Shown here piece by piece: positions 52,285 through 64,000 of a DNA stretch of 64,000 nucleotides. A model generated the notes under the pieces. That model worked only from the letters and a program-made list of their open reading frames with translations, was not told the origin of the DNA and searched no databases. How positions within the stretch are numbered: the first letter of the stretch is position 1; every line of letters starts with the position of its first letter. Made by a program: the position numbers and the translations under genes. This DNA comes from Camelus ferus (taxonomy: Eukaryota), in the NCBI RefSeq assembly GCF_009834535.1, contig NC_045696.1:108998001-109062000 (forward strand), given 5' to 3'.

Positions 52285-52770
52285 TTACCTGGAGTCCACA
52301 GATCCCCTACAAGGGGTCTGAGGAGAGAATTTAAGTCTCCGTGAACTTGGATGGGAAACCTTGACATCCTTATTCTCAGTAAGCTCTAACTGAAAGTTAG
52401 TTTTCATTCCATTGGGTGTCTAGACCAGAAACCACAGCACTGCCCGCAGTACCTGGGGCTTTGTCCCAGTAGAAACCACAGGTGCTCTCACATCTCACTA
52501 CAGGTGTTGGCAGACACCTCCAAGCATTATTTTCAGGCATCGTTGCACTCAGTCTCATTATTAATGAGTTAATAAAGAGGCGCATATAACACTTTATTAC
52601 AAATTTGTTTATTCTTGGGTTTTGATGACTAAATGCCAATATAACTGGTTTCCCTTTTAACACTGTGGATTTTATTTTGTGCACTTAGTCAATAGTCTGA
52701 GAGGTCCAGTAGGTTTTTCTACTCCGCCAAAGAAGGCCTCTGGCACACAAAAGGTTAAGAACCACTAAGC
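52285..52770. mobile_element. hAT-Charlie-like non-autonomous DNA transposon remnant
   Basis: gtccacagatcccct...ccgtgaacttggatgggaaa...aatataactggtttccc...tggcacacaaaaggttaagaaccact. Family recognised by eye. Confidence 0.6.
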
Positions 52771-54424
52771 AGTCTATGGCCACCAGCTCCCAGTGATTTG
52801 GGAAGCCCAAGGGAGGCCATCAGGGAAAAGGATGGAGGGGTCATGGCCGGCGGGAGGGAGAGGGGCAGTTCTATCCTGGCCCGGGGCTGGGGGCAGGGGG
52901 TATGACATGCAGCCTTTCTGTTCTGCTTTGCACATTTCTAAGGAGCACTTACTAACACTCTAAAAAATTTCAGCTCTCTGGGAAACAGTTTGAGAAATGT
53001 GGATTTAAGGAATGACTTAACCTGGGAAAACTACTGGAATTGCATGATGTTGTTAAACCATATGTTAGTGTTAGACCTTTTTTGGAGCAAAATAAAGAGA
53101 CCAAGGGATACCTTGTTAGTCCACAAATGGCACCTCATGCAGGAAGGATCAGGTTGATTATATCACAGATTCAGAACCTTCCCATCCTTTGCTCACGGTC
53201 CAAGATTTATTAATATGAACAGGCTGCTGCCAGGGTTCCATGCTGGGCTGAGAGGGCTGTCAGCCAGGAGGAGAATCACTGGGGAAGCCGCAGGGCTCCT
53301 GCCCCAGCCACCACTCTGTCGGGTTACATGGGGACCTGCACATTTGGAGGACATGCTCCTGCTGGGAGCAAGGGCTGTGCTCAACCATGGCTGAAGGGAC
53401 AAATTGGTAGAAAACGCCTTGTTTGTGGCATTTCATTTTAGGCTGAGGAACTGAAATGCATGTCCTAGATTGCAGAAAGATTCCCACTGGTGAGTTGTTT
53501 TAGTTTATACTATACATCAGGGGCATCTGTGGACTGACATCAGCTGATCTCTGTGTTTTGCTCCAAAAAGGTCTGACACTAACACACAGTTCAACAATAC
53601 CATGTACTTACATGTATATTCCTAGGTTAAGTCGTTCCTTAAATCCACATTTCTCAAACTATTTTCCAGAGATCCAAGAGATGGCCCACCGAGAGGCCTT
53701 CACTCTTTCCCAAGCCAGCGCCATGGGGATCAGAACAGCTCTGCGGACACTGGATGCCTCCCAGAGCATGGCCGCCCAGAAAAGCACTGGGCAAAGTGGT
53801 GTTGAACAGTATTTAGCTGCTCTGCTTCCCGGAGCTGAAGAAATGAGCAGGTGTATGTAGTGTACCTGGCTTTTCTTCCTCAGTGTCACCTTCACACTTG
53901 TGGAGATATGGGGGAACTTGCCAAGCAGTCTTAGGGCACAGTCCGTATTCCCACACTTCCCCATCAGTGGTCTGGAACCCTGTCTACAACGTTCTGTCAA
54001 CAGTCCTCCTCTAACCTCTGAGATACTGCCAAGCGTTCCTGCAGCCCCTCCATATAATATACTTAGCCGAGAAACTCTGCCTGGCTGATTAGGACAGATG
54101 TTGCTGCCAGGGTCCTCCATCATCCTGGAGACTGCCCCCGGACGGGCAGCATGAGCCTGTGCTCCACTGGAGAGACAGCAGGAGCCCTCCGTGCGCCCAG
54201 CTCCTGGCAAATCCCTTACCGTCCGTGTCTCGGTGCAGAACTGGCCCCCATAAGAGATTATTCAGACAGAACTTGATCACCACCCTCTAAAGAGGGGTCC
54301 CCTGTTACTTCCAGTGTGAACTAAGAGTGGAAAATATGAAATTGTAGAATAGCGTGCACTGTATGTGCTGTGATGTTTTCTGAGTATACACTTGAATTCT
54401 TTTTTAGGTATTGCTGTGCATCAG

Positions 54425-55575
54425 AGGCTTTTTTTGATAAGAGCTTTAAGATATATTTCACCCACCTAAAATGTACAATTCAGTGATTTTTAGCTATGCT
54501 ATATTCAGAGCTGTGCAACCATCACCACAATCAACTTTTACCCCCATTTTTTAAAAAACTGAAGTATAGTCAGTTACCATGTGTCAATTTCTGGTGTACA
54601 GCATAATGTCATGCATATACATATACATAGTCGTTTTCATACACTTTTTCATTAAAGGTTATTACAAGATATTGAATATAATTCCCTGTGCTATGCAGAA
54701 AAAAATTTTTAATCTATTTTTATATATAGTAGTTAATATTTGCAAATCTCGAACTCCCAAATATAGCCTTTCCCACTCCTTTCCCCCCTGGTAACCATAA
54801 GATTGTTAACTGTGTCTTTATAATCCCCAAAGAAAAAACCCACCCCCTTTAGTCTTCACCCTCAATCCTGCCATACCCCACCCCAGCCCTAGGCAATTAG
54901 CAACTACGTTCTGTCTTTACAGATTTGCCTATCATGGACACTTCATATGAGTGGAATCACACATATATGTGGTTTTTGTGACTGTCTTCTTTCACTGAGC
55001 ATAACGTTTTCAGGTTTCATCCATGTTGTAGCATCAGCACTTCAGTCTTTTTTATTCCCAAGTAATATTCCATTGTAGAGATATACCACTTTTGTTTATC
55101 CATTCATAAGTTGATGGACATTTAGGGTTCTTTTTTTTTTTTCCATTTTTGAGCTATTATAAAAAAATGCCACTTTGAATATTCATGTGCAACTCTTTGT
55201 GTGGACATATGTTTTCCATTTGCATGCAATTCTTTGTGTGGACGTTATGTTTTCATTGAGCTTGGGTGTGTATCTAAGCTTGGTATTGCTGGGTAAGATG
55301 ATAAATCAAAATTAAACTTTTTGAGGAACTGCCGAATTGTTTTCCAAAGTAACTGAAACATTTTACATTCCCATCAGCAACGTATGATTGTTCCAATTCC
55401 AATTTCTCCACATCCTCATCAACACTGGTCATTGTCCATCTTTTTTATTACAGGGGGTGTGAAGGGTTTAGAACATCTTTTCATGTGCTTATTAGCCATT
55501 TGAATATTCTTTAGAGAAAAGTCCATTCAGATCCTCTGCCCACTTTTAAATTGGGTTGTTTCTTTATTATTGAAA
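54425..55575 (-). mobile_element. LINE-1 3' end (L1M-type) interrupted by a younger ~260-bp L1-3'-like insert (~54550-54815)
   Basis: Antisense L1 3' motifs (aaatgtacaattcagtga; tttgaggaactgcc...ttttccaaagt...ttttacattcccatcagcaa). The insert starts actgaagtatagtcagttac. Confidence 0.8.
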
Positions 55576-56764
55576 AGCTTGAATTTTTAATGACTATTCA
55601 ACTGCACTTTCAGACTCAGCCCCAGTAGGAACTGGTTGGGCTCCTCCAATTTTGTATCTCTCCCCAGGAAACGGAACACTATTCTGGGAGAATTTCAGGC
55701 CCTAAAATTGTGGTTCTTAATCTCTTTTTGGCTCACAGATATCTTGAAAATCTTGTAGAAACTATGAATCCTCTCCCTGCATTTAATATCAGGGAGTTCC
55801 TGGGTCTTCTGCCATTCAAGTTTCTTTCTTTTCATAAGAGCAGAAACCCACTTCTGATTGGATTGTCAAATTAGTTGAAACTGGATTTAATGAGCAACGT
55901 AAGTTTCCCAAATTCTAGGTTCCCACAGAGAGAAACAGAGTGAACTGTGCTGTTCAAATTATTAAAGTTGCACTATGGAGAAATAGCTTTTACAGAAGAT
56001 TGCTTTAAAGGTCTACAGCCCATGTCCCTCTTTGATCAAGCCAGGCCATGAGAGCTTTCCACCACTGTGTTTGGGACCTCTGAGAACTGGTTCATCTAGA
56101 TAACACTGCAGCTTTGTGCCATCAGCTCGCACTGGGGCCCCCTGTAAGGAAGCTGTACACTCCTCATGCAAAGTTACGAAAATGCTGTGTCCGTACACAC
56201 ACCGAGAAAGAGTGCTTCTCTTGGACACATGGCGTTTTTTGTAATAATTAACAAGTAACAATTTCATTATTTACTTAATAAATAATGTTTTCTTCTCTGC
56301 TTTGTCCCTTAAAAACTCAGAGGTGCCGTTGCTGCCTGCCTCTAGCAAGTGGACTGGACTAGATGCTCGTTTGCGATCAGCATTTACAGCCCTCACATCC
56401 CCTTTGAACTGACCCCACCATTTGTTCCTTTTTGATGCATTTTTGTATACTATTATCTCAGGCTGTTTCTGGAGCAAGCCAACAAAATTCTTTTTCTAAT
56501 TCTGCCATCCTGCACTCATGCAGTGCATTCTATAAAATGCCATGCATGACAGCTGTTTGCTTAATGTTTGTTCTCAGTGACAGAGTTTATTTTGGAGTTA
56601 TTTTTCTCACCTGTACATTTCAGGTGCTGGACTCAAGGGTATTTTGCAAACAGACAACCATCACCTATAGTTTACCAGGTGTGTATAAAAGGGAAGGTAG
56701 AATTTTTGCAGCGAAGCAGACATAACAGAAACACAGAGTGTTGTATTGTTTCTATTCGACAAGA

Positions 56765-56945
56765 TCCTTTCCCAGTGCTTACTAGGCCAGGCCCTGTTCT
56801 AAATGCTTTGCAAATACAAATCTTCACAAACCCTACAAGGTAGGTATGATTCGATTTTTATTTCCCCACTTTATAAATAAGAAAACTGAGGCACAGAGAG
56901 GTTAATTAACTTGCCTGAGGTCACAGAGTTTGTAAGTGGCAGAAC
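56765..56945 (-). mobile_element. MIR SINE
   Basis: gaaaactgaggcacagagaggttaattaacttgcctgaggtcacagagtttgtaagtggcaga. Confidence 0.85.
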
Positions 56946-58039
56946 TACGAAGAGGGTTGTCAGAGAGTCCATAATCTCTATCCCAAGGTGCTGCTGGAAA
57001 GAGCCAGGGCTCTGGGACCCTAGGCAAGCCACCTGAATCCTGTCACATGGGTGCAGTGACACCCGCTGCCTCCCAGACTAGTTGAGATCAAATGAGACTC
57101 CACGGAAAGGTCATGTCCAACCACAGTGGGAACTCAACTTTGTCTTCTTTAGCTAAAATCTGCACAGAAATCGAGACAAAACTTCACTGGGAATACAGGC
57201 CAAGAAGAATGAGAGAACTCACCTAAAACATTATCTGAAAACACCACAAGCAGACTTCAGCACCCTTTTCAGCTAATTTGGACACCCCGATTGCAGAAGT
57301 ATGAAGAAACTAACTCAAATTTAATTTGGACACATTTTGATATTTGGCATATCTTTCTGAAAAAAGAAGTTGAGATTAAATTACAATCAAATGTTCCGAT
57401 AAAATTCAGACAATTGGTTAACTATTCAACTTTAAATAACACAGTATAAATGTAAGGAAGTACATAGTACGTCATGATTCCTTAAGTATTTCCAGTGACT
57501 GTTCTCCCAGTCAACAAGTACTACGAACTTTCCAGAAAGAAAGCAGGGGCTGTACCCTATGGTTTTAAGTGAAAGCTTGGGACAGTCTGAAACTCAAAAA
57601 TCCCCTCATACCAGTCCACACTGATTCAGTATTTTTGAAGTCCGCAAAGTCCTTTCAGATATATACTTTCAGTATTACCCCCATTTTGCAGGTCAATACA
57701 GTGAAAGCCAGAATGGAGGTGATTCTCATCCACCTAGTATTTGCTTAGTATGCTGCAGCATGCTGACTGAGGATGGCTCTTGCTTTTAAGGAGTTCTCAG
57801 TTCAGTGGGAGAGACAGAAACTGAAGAGAAAGCTCAGGGTGGTTAGTGCTTTGAGAGGTGCACACACAGGGCACTGTGGGAAATGAGGAGATGCTCCCCA
57901 TGGGATGTGGGAAAGCTTTGCCAAGCAAGATAAAGGGCAGGTGGGAGCATGTGGGAAGAGGGGGGCTGGCCCAAGGGACAGCATATGCAGAGGCAGAGGG
58001 AAAACGCGGTGCCTCTGAGGAAGGACATTTATGCACCTC

Positions 58040-59150
58040 CGAGTGCTGGGCTTGTGTGGGGAGATGGGGGCCCCACCATGAACAGACCGGCAGAGTCCTT
58101 CCCCTCCAGGAGCTCACTTCTAAAGGCAGAATAGACAATAAAAATGTATTTCAAGTAACAAATGATTTCTGAAAGTAGTGAGCACTATGAGAGAAGTAAC
58201 TCAGGGCAGTGAGCAAGAGAAACTGGGAGAAGCAGCTTTGGGAGAAAATGCCAATCCCGGGTGAGGAGAGAGAAAGGGACTCCAGGTCAACAGCAAGCGT
58301 GAGGACCTAATGGGTTAAAGCTGGCCACACCCAAGAAACAGAAAGGAGCCGAGTGGCTGGAGCACAAGGACAAACGGTGACCCAGTGGGCATGGAGGCAG
58401 GCACAGAGAATTGGGGGCCTTGTAAATATTGAGGGCCTTGGAGGCCACGGTAAGCAATTCAGATTTAATCTGAGTGCAGTAAGGAGCCTCTGAAGGCTTT
58501 GAAGAGAGGTAGCAGTGACACTGTTTAATTTACATTTCTAAAGGATAACTCTGGAGGCACTGTGGAGGGTGAATTATTGGGGTCAGGAGGAGGAGGAGGA
58601 GTAGCAATTAGGGGGCTACTGGCGGCATCTCAGTGAGAGACGGGTTCGCTTGGATCAGGGTGGCAGCAGCGGAGGAGGGCAACGGTTGGACCTGAGACAG
58701 GAGGCAGGGCTGACAGGCCCTCCCGATGGCTTGGATATGGCGGTGTGGGTAAGGACGGAAGTAAAGATAGCTCCTAGCAACTGGCAAACGTGATGCTGTC
58801 CTGCATGGAATCTAAGCAAGAGCCAGAATCAAGAGCTCTCTCTCTTGGAAATGTTCAACCTAAGATGCTTATCAGACATTGAAGTGAAGAAATTCTGTAA
58901 GGAGCTAGATACCCAAGGCAGCAGCTCCAGGGAGAGGCCGATATTAGTTTTGAATGTAGGGGTCACTGGCCTACAGAGGGAACTAGAGGGGAGGGAGCCT
59001 TTCGAAGAGGAAAAGCGAAAAGAGGAGAATGAGAAGGAGTGGCCAGTGGGTAGGAGTGTCAGGTGACAGAAGCCAAGAGAGGAAGAGGGCGAGGCCAGCT
59101 GTGGGAAATGGTGCTCTGGCACTGCTGAGGTCACAGGAGACCTCGCCTCC
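58040..59150 (-). mobile_element. LINE-2 remnant
   Basis: ccctccaggagctcacttcta...; ggccacggtaagcaattcagatttaatctgagtgcagtaaggagcc...; ggataactctgg; ggagctagatac...gggagagg. Confidence 0.65.
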
Positions 59151-60088
59151 AGAGCAGGGGAGCAGATTCATGGTGAGGAGGGAAATGCGGGTGGAGAGGG
59201 TTAAGAAGCCAACGGAGTATACGGTTATCAAAATTCATCATGTTGTACATCTGAAATATGCATAGTTTACTGTACAGGAACCATCCCACAACAAAGGTGT
59301 TTTTTTTAAAAAAAAGCCATTTAAAAATTAAAAAAAAAAAAGGAAGACAATGGAACAGTTGCTGCAGACAGCTCTCGCCAGGAGAGTCTGCATGAAAGGG
59401 GGCCAGTGCGGCAGTAGGTACAGAGTAGCGGATTATGGAGCAGCAGACAGGGTGTGGAACTGAGGCTTTTGTTTTGCTTTAAAGAAAGAAGACATCACAG
59501 GATGTCTGCACGCCTATAGGAAAGATTCGCAGAGAAGGATGGCTCACATGTCCCCTCTAGCCGGCAAGAGCCCTACACCTCACCTTCCGGTCTCTGCGCA
59601 CATCCCAGCTCCTCCGCTGGATCGAATCCTGTGATGCTCGTATGCTGGTGTCCTGTTCTGATCAACTCTCCATGGTTTCAAATGCCTCCCGCACCTTGAG
59701 ATCTTTGTCTCCCCTTAAACCTCTCCTCGGGAAAGCAGAAAATGTAGATGCCCACTGAGCGTCCCCCAGGCGTGCCCCCTCCCCATCTCTTACACTCATG
59801 TTTTGAGGAAGAGGCTTCCTGTCAAAGCTCCCAGCCCAGCCGTGCACATCCTACCGCCCAACTGGCTCATGGGTAGCAGAACAAGTAAACCAACCTGGGT
59901 CACTGCCTCTGAAATCCACACTTGCACTACATATACTGGCCTCAAGGAAGTTCCCATGGGTACTTTGTTTTCAACATGTATCATAAAATTTTTATTTTAA
60001 TTAGTCTATATTCACATTTAAGTCAGCAAGAGAAAGTATCATTTTATGATAATAAATACTAATATGAGAAAAAAGGCTAGCAAAGCAG

Positions 60089-60094
60089 TTTATT
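60089..60094 (-). terminator. Candidate CEP63 polyadenylation signal (AATAAA on - strand); alternatives at 60270-60275 and 59991-59996
   Basis: tttatt on the + strand about 215 nt past the stop, followed on the - strand by a U-rich tract. Confidence 0.45.
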
Positions 60095-60307
60095 TACAAG
60101 TCATTGCTGGAGAAAGTCCTTCAAACAAACCAGAGCAGTGAAAACAGCCTGGAGCTGAGTCCAGCTTCTCAGACCCACCCCAGCCGCCTTAGCTGTCCCA
60201 CCTTTATGATTTTCACATGTTCCTGCTTCTAAAGCGCCGCTACTTCATGAGGACGGGAACTCTTCGGTGTTTATTTTTATTTCCAAGTTTGTGATTTTTT
60301 TAAGAGG

Positions 60308-60466
60308 CTACTTTAGGGCTGTGAATTGTTTCACGGTCTTTTCACTCTCTCTTTTCAGTTCTTCAATGTGGGCATCCAGGCGCTCTAGAATGTGGTGAGA
60401 CCTCAGCTCCTCCTCTTCCAAAAACCTTGTCGCTATTGAACCAAGAGGAGACAGGGCCAAGGGACA
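60308..60466 (-). CDS. CEP63: CEP63 last coding exon: [52 protein letters not shown]
   Basis: Minus-strand ctcttccag acceptor and TAG stop at 60308-60310. This is the conserved CEP63/DEUP1-type C-terminus. Confidence 0.95.
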   Translation of the reverse strand, partial: CPLALSPLGSIATRFLEEEELRSHHILERLDAHIEELKRESEKTVKQFTALK

Positions 60467-61084
60467 CTGGAAGAGAAGCACATTTGGACATATGTAAGTT
60501 GAGCAGTATGTTTCTAAGACACATTGTTCATGGTGTTTTCTAACTAGCAATATTAAAAGGTGATTTTTAAAAAATACTTTCCTCTGAAGAGGTATCTGTT
60601 TCTATCCTATGATGAGCAGTTTAAAAAACACTCTGTGAGAATTAACACAGGTCTCTTCCTCCTTCCTGACACAAGCTGCGCAAGTGTAAAGTGCCATGCA
60701 GCTGTGAGACGCTAGTTACTGGTCTGAAGACTCTCTCGGGTTAGACTTGGACATCCTTCTATACCCCAGAATAGATAAATTTAATGCCTGTTACTTCAAA
60801 CTCATTTTTAAAAGCTGAATGTTACTTTCATTTTACAGCACAGGAGATCTACTATAATAAATTAGATACCAGTTAAATCAGTAGTTTCCCTCCTCCAAAA
60901 TTTCAGTCCACAGTCCCTTAAGTGAGACTTTTGGTTTCAGAATTCAGATTTTGGAAAGGTCACGTGTACCATGTTCAGTTGATCCTCAATTACAGTAGTT
61001 ATTTTTGCTCTTATGGGAAAAATACACACACACACATACACTTCACATAGATTTTAATCCTAAATCCTACAAACTCACCCCAGT

Positions 61085-61195
61085 AGATTCTATTTTCCTT
61101 TTTTTACAAAAGAGAAAACAAGGCTCAGAGAATTTAGTGACCTGCCTGAGGCCACCCCACTAGAGGGCCAGAGTTGGGGTTCAAACCCTGTTCAG
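61085..61195 (-). mobile_element. MIR SINE in the CEP63 last intron
   Basis: gaaaacaaggctcagagaatttagtgacctgcctgaggccac...agagttggggttcaaaccc. Confidence 0.7.
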
Positions 61196-62342
61196 GCCCC
61201 GTGTCTGAGCTCCTTGCACAACCCTGCGTTGCCACCAGCGGCACCATCCTCTGGGCACCTCAATACAAAGGCGGAAACAAGAGCGCCACCTTGGACAACC
61301 TCAGCTGGACACGTGAGCCCAGGGACTCAAATGTGCTGCGGCTCTGTACGTGTCCATGAATGACTGGAAGTGCTGATGAGTGCTGATTAGGGGCTACAAA
61401 CCACTCAGGGAGAGGGCAAATGTGCGAACACAGAAGCCGTGACTTGTGAGCACTAGCATGTGTGCTGCCCTGGTGGAGTCTGTGGTAACTCTCCATAATC
61501 AAACACATTGATATTTCAAAGTAAGATGCTAAGTGGGATAAATAAAGTCTGTACATATTATCACATCATTTCAGTTCAGGCCAGGTCAGGTTTTAGTGCC
61601 AAGTAAGTTTTGCAGACAAACTTAGGAAGAAAGTTAGTTGTCAGGAATGTTTTGGTTTTCAAAATTTATTTTGACAACTAAACTAAAAGAAAACCTTCCC
61701 ATGGACTAGCTGGCACACTAAAAAGTCAAAAATACTGAACTTTCCACAGGTACAGGACCACGGGAGGGTGATGGGAAGGCATGGCCAGAGGCGAGCCCTT
61801 CAGCACAGAAGGCACACAGGACGACGGAGTGGAGTCCTCTCAGCAGCTGCAGGAACGGCCAGGCAGCCAGCACCGCCCCGTGTCGAGGGGCAGCCCCTGC
61901 CTCCGTGTGGCACCCAGTCTGTTTTCTAGACACATTGGATGCAATTCCTTCCTCCGCCTCCACCTACCGCCTTCCCACAGTTCCTTTTTCCCTCCTCACT
62001 GTCTATGCCTCAGGACTGTTTTGGCAGGCAGAGATACTCTTTGAGCCAATCATTCCAATACAAAATTGATCCTCTCTGAAAAAGGCAGGAAGGGAATTTC
62101 CAATTTGGGCTAAAAAGTAATGAATACCTATCATTTATATTTCATAAGATGCATTTTGAAAAGTAGTTGTGGCTGACTGTCTTCATGAGCAAAACCGTAA
62201 GACAGAAATACATGAGAATAACAAAGGGTACTTAAGATAGAGAACCAGTAAAAAGAAGGGAAAGAAACCCCACGGTTCTCTGCCTTAAAATAAAAAATAA
62301 AATCAAACTAAATAAACTAGTAAGATCAGAAAGTTTCCATAC

Positions 62343-62622
62343 CGAAGAGACAAAGTCTTCTTGGTCATTTATACTCTCGGAGACAGAGTCAGAAAAATTG
62401 GTTTCATTTGTATCTAGCACTGAAGGCACAGAGTGAGTTTTACACAGAAAGTTAGAAGGCAAAGAGATGGTGGAGCAGCAAGGGCTGATCTCATGACTCG
62501 GGGAGCTGAGGCCCGTGGCTGTGGGCCCTACACTATCCGACGCTCGTCCTCGCGGAGAATGAAGACCTGCTTTGTAGTGCTCAGTCTTTATCCCATCATG
62601 CCTGTGCTGGCCATGGGCTGGC
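62343..62622 (-). CDS. CEP63: CEP63 penultimate coding exon, 280 bp: [17 protein letters not shown]...[13 protein letters not shown]
   Basis: Minus-strand ctacccag acceptor and gtatgg donor; phase 2-0; lies inside ORF 62232..62666. Confidence 0.93.
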
Positions 62623-63315
62623 CTGGGTAGCAGATTAGAAAATAAAACAAATAAACATTGTAGCAACTTTCCTCTTTCAAAACAGACATGTTATAGGACT
62701 TTAACTTAAAAATACAGGACCAGGCTACTAGAAAGGCTGGAATTTACAAAATAAGCAGCCCATGTAGACCAGGTGTCCTTTCCAGCCTTGGGGCCCCAAA
62801 TATCCAACCCCCACTGGCAGGCCCCTGCACACACTTACATATAGCAAGGAAGACAAGGAAGCGGCCAGTGTGGCCGGTGCTAGGATAGAGGGAAGCACTG
62901 TGCACAGTGAAGGCACCCATCCTCATCTGGGGGTGGAGGTGGGAGTGGGGTGAGGGTGTCAGCAAAGGCTCTTGGTAGCAAAACATGTAAGCCATACAGT
63001 AAGAGCTGAAGCCAGGTAGTTTTTTGCTAAATGCTGACTCCCTATCACTAGTTGACCAAAATTACAAAAGAAACGTGTTATTAAAAGCCAACTTTATTTC
63101 TTATGGGGTAAGTGGGGTTGGGGAGGTGGGAGGCAGCATGAAAAGGCTCAGGGGAATAAGGTTGCTGTTTATACCTACCACCATTGGTCTGACACTGAAG
63201 CCTGAAGGAAAGTGCTACATAACCCCCTGCATTTTTTAACCTATTAGTAGCTTTACTTGTGCACACAGTACTTTAGAATTAAACACAGAGTCCTTTGATG
63301 AAGATTTAATTTCTG

Positions 63316-63467
63316 GGGGTGTGGGTATGGCTCAGTGGTAAAGCACATGCTTAAGATGCATGAGGTCCTAGGTTCAATCCTCAGTACTTCCATAAAAAAT
63401 TTTAAAAAAAAGAATAAATAAAACATACTGCTATAAAAAACAGTTGTTGCTAATTAAAATTTTTTTA
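63316..63467 (+). mobile_element. Camelid tRNA-derived SINE (Vic-1-like) in a CEP63 intron
   Basis: A box (tggctcagtgg) and B box (ggttcaatcc). Perfect 15-bp TSD aagatttaatttctg at 63301-63315 and 63468-63482. Confidence 0.9.
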
Positions 63468-63562
63468 AAGATTTAATTTCTGTAAATTGGAAACTACTCT
63501 CAAAGAAATGAGAATTACATTCTAAAGATACACATTTTAAATAAACTATGAAGAAATTTTAC

Positions 63563-63768
63563 TTGAACTCCATATTCTTGAACTCAGGTACTCTGCTGTG
63601 TGTTGGTTTAAAGATCCTGTCACAGTTTTTTTTGCACATCTGAGTAGAAATCTCCAGCTGGGTTCTGGTATCCATCAAATCTTTCTGTAGTTGTTGATTT
63701 TCAGACACTAATTTATTTAATGCCTCAATATAATTCTCCTGGAGGTCTGCTAGTGAAATCTCTTTTGC
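63563..63768 (-). CDS. CEP63: CEP63 coding exon, 206 bp: [68 protein letters not shown](K)
   Basis: Minus-strand tttttttattag acceptor and gtaaaa donor. The coiled-coil peptide matches recalled CEP63; phase 0-2. Confidence 0.93.
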
Positions 63769-63819
63769 CTAATAAAAAAAGAATACTAGCGTCACTTCCT
63801 TTGTATAAGAATACTTGTG

Positions 63820-63887
63820 GGGTGGGGATACAGCTCAGTGGTAGAGCACGTGCTTAGTGTGCACGAGGCCCTGGATTAAGGGAAAAA
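63820..63887 (+). mobile_element. 3'-truncated camelid SINE / tRNA-like retrocopy
   Basis: gggtggggatacagctcagtggtagagcacgtgcttagtgtgcacgaggccctgg followed by a short A run. TSD aatacttgtg at 63810-63819 and 63888-63897. Confidence 0.85.
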
Positions 63888-64000
63888 AATACTTGTGATC
63901 TGGGATACTGCTGGTGGAAAATTATGGGGTTTTTTGTTATGTTTTGTTTTGTTTTGTTTTTAGTTGTAACTAGTTAATCTATTGCTATACTTAAGAAAGA

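Noticed and set aside
53670..53850. Exon-like + strand segment (ttttccag|...EIQEMAHREAF...cag|gtgtat)
   Set aside because: It has no recognisable homology and no partner exons, and it lies beyond the KY poly(A) signal.
15579..63887. tRNA genes at the four A/B-box elements
   Set aside because: They have A-rich tails, TSDs and degenerate stems, so they are SINE copies rather than functional tRNAs.
1..64000. CRISPR array, operon or other prokaryote-type system
   Set aside because: The sequence is mammalian with spliced genes, and it has no regularly spaced repeat-spacer arrays or dense ORF clusters.

Overview
This is mammalian genomic DNA, most likely camelid (alpaca/camel lineage), judged from four tRNA-derived Vic-1-like SINEs. 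The + strand carries most of KY (kyphoscoliosis peptidase; transglutaminase-like muscle Z-disc protein). I can read eight phase-compatible GT-AG coding exons (20618-41960, equivalent to human exons 4-11) and a long 3' UTR ending near an AATAAA at 45472. The - strand carries the last three coding exons of CEP63 (63768-60308), tail-to-tail with KY as in human. The rest is intron or intergenic DNA with L1, L2, MIR, MaLR/ERVL LTRs, DNA-transposon remnants, microsatellites and a 100-N assembly gap at 10912-11011. Main observations: (1) a +1 frameshift (extra base at ~41129) in the last KY exon gives an immediate TAA, either a real truncating allele or a consensus error; (2) KY exons 1-3 are not visible; (3) a near-perfect CTCF motif sits in the KY 3' UTR, divergent to a second one in CEP63; (4) a tight M-CAT/CArG/E-box muscle-enhancer-like cluster lies at ~3930-3975. 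I found no convincing wholly new biological system, and almost all listed six-frame ORFs are chance, repeat or antisense-shadow ORFs. Orthologue comparisons rely on my recall of the human and mouse proteins, and repeat family names and boundaries are by eye.
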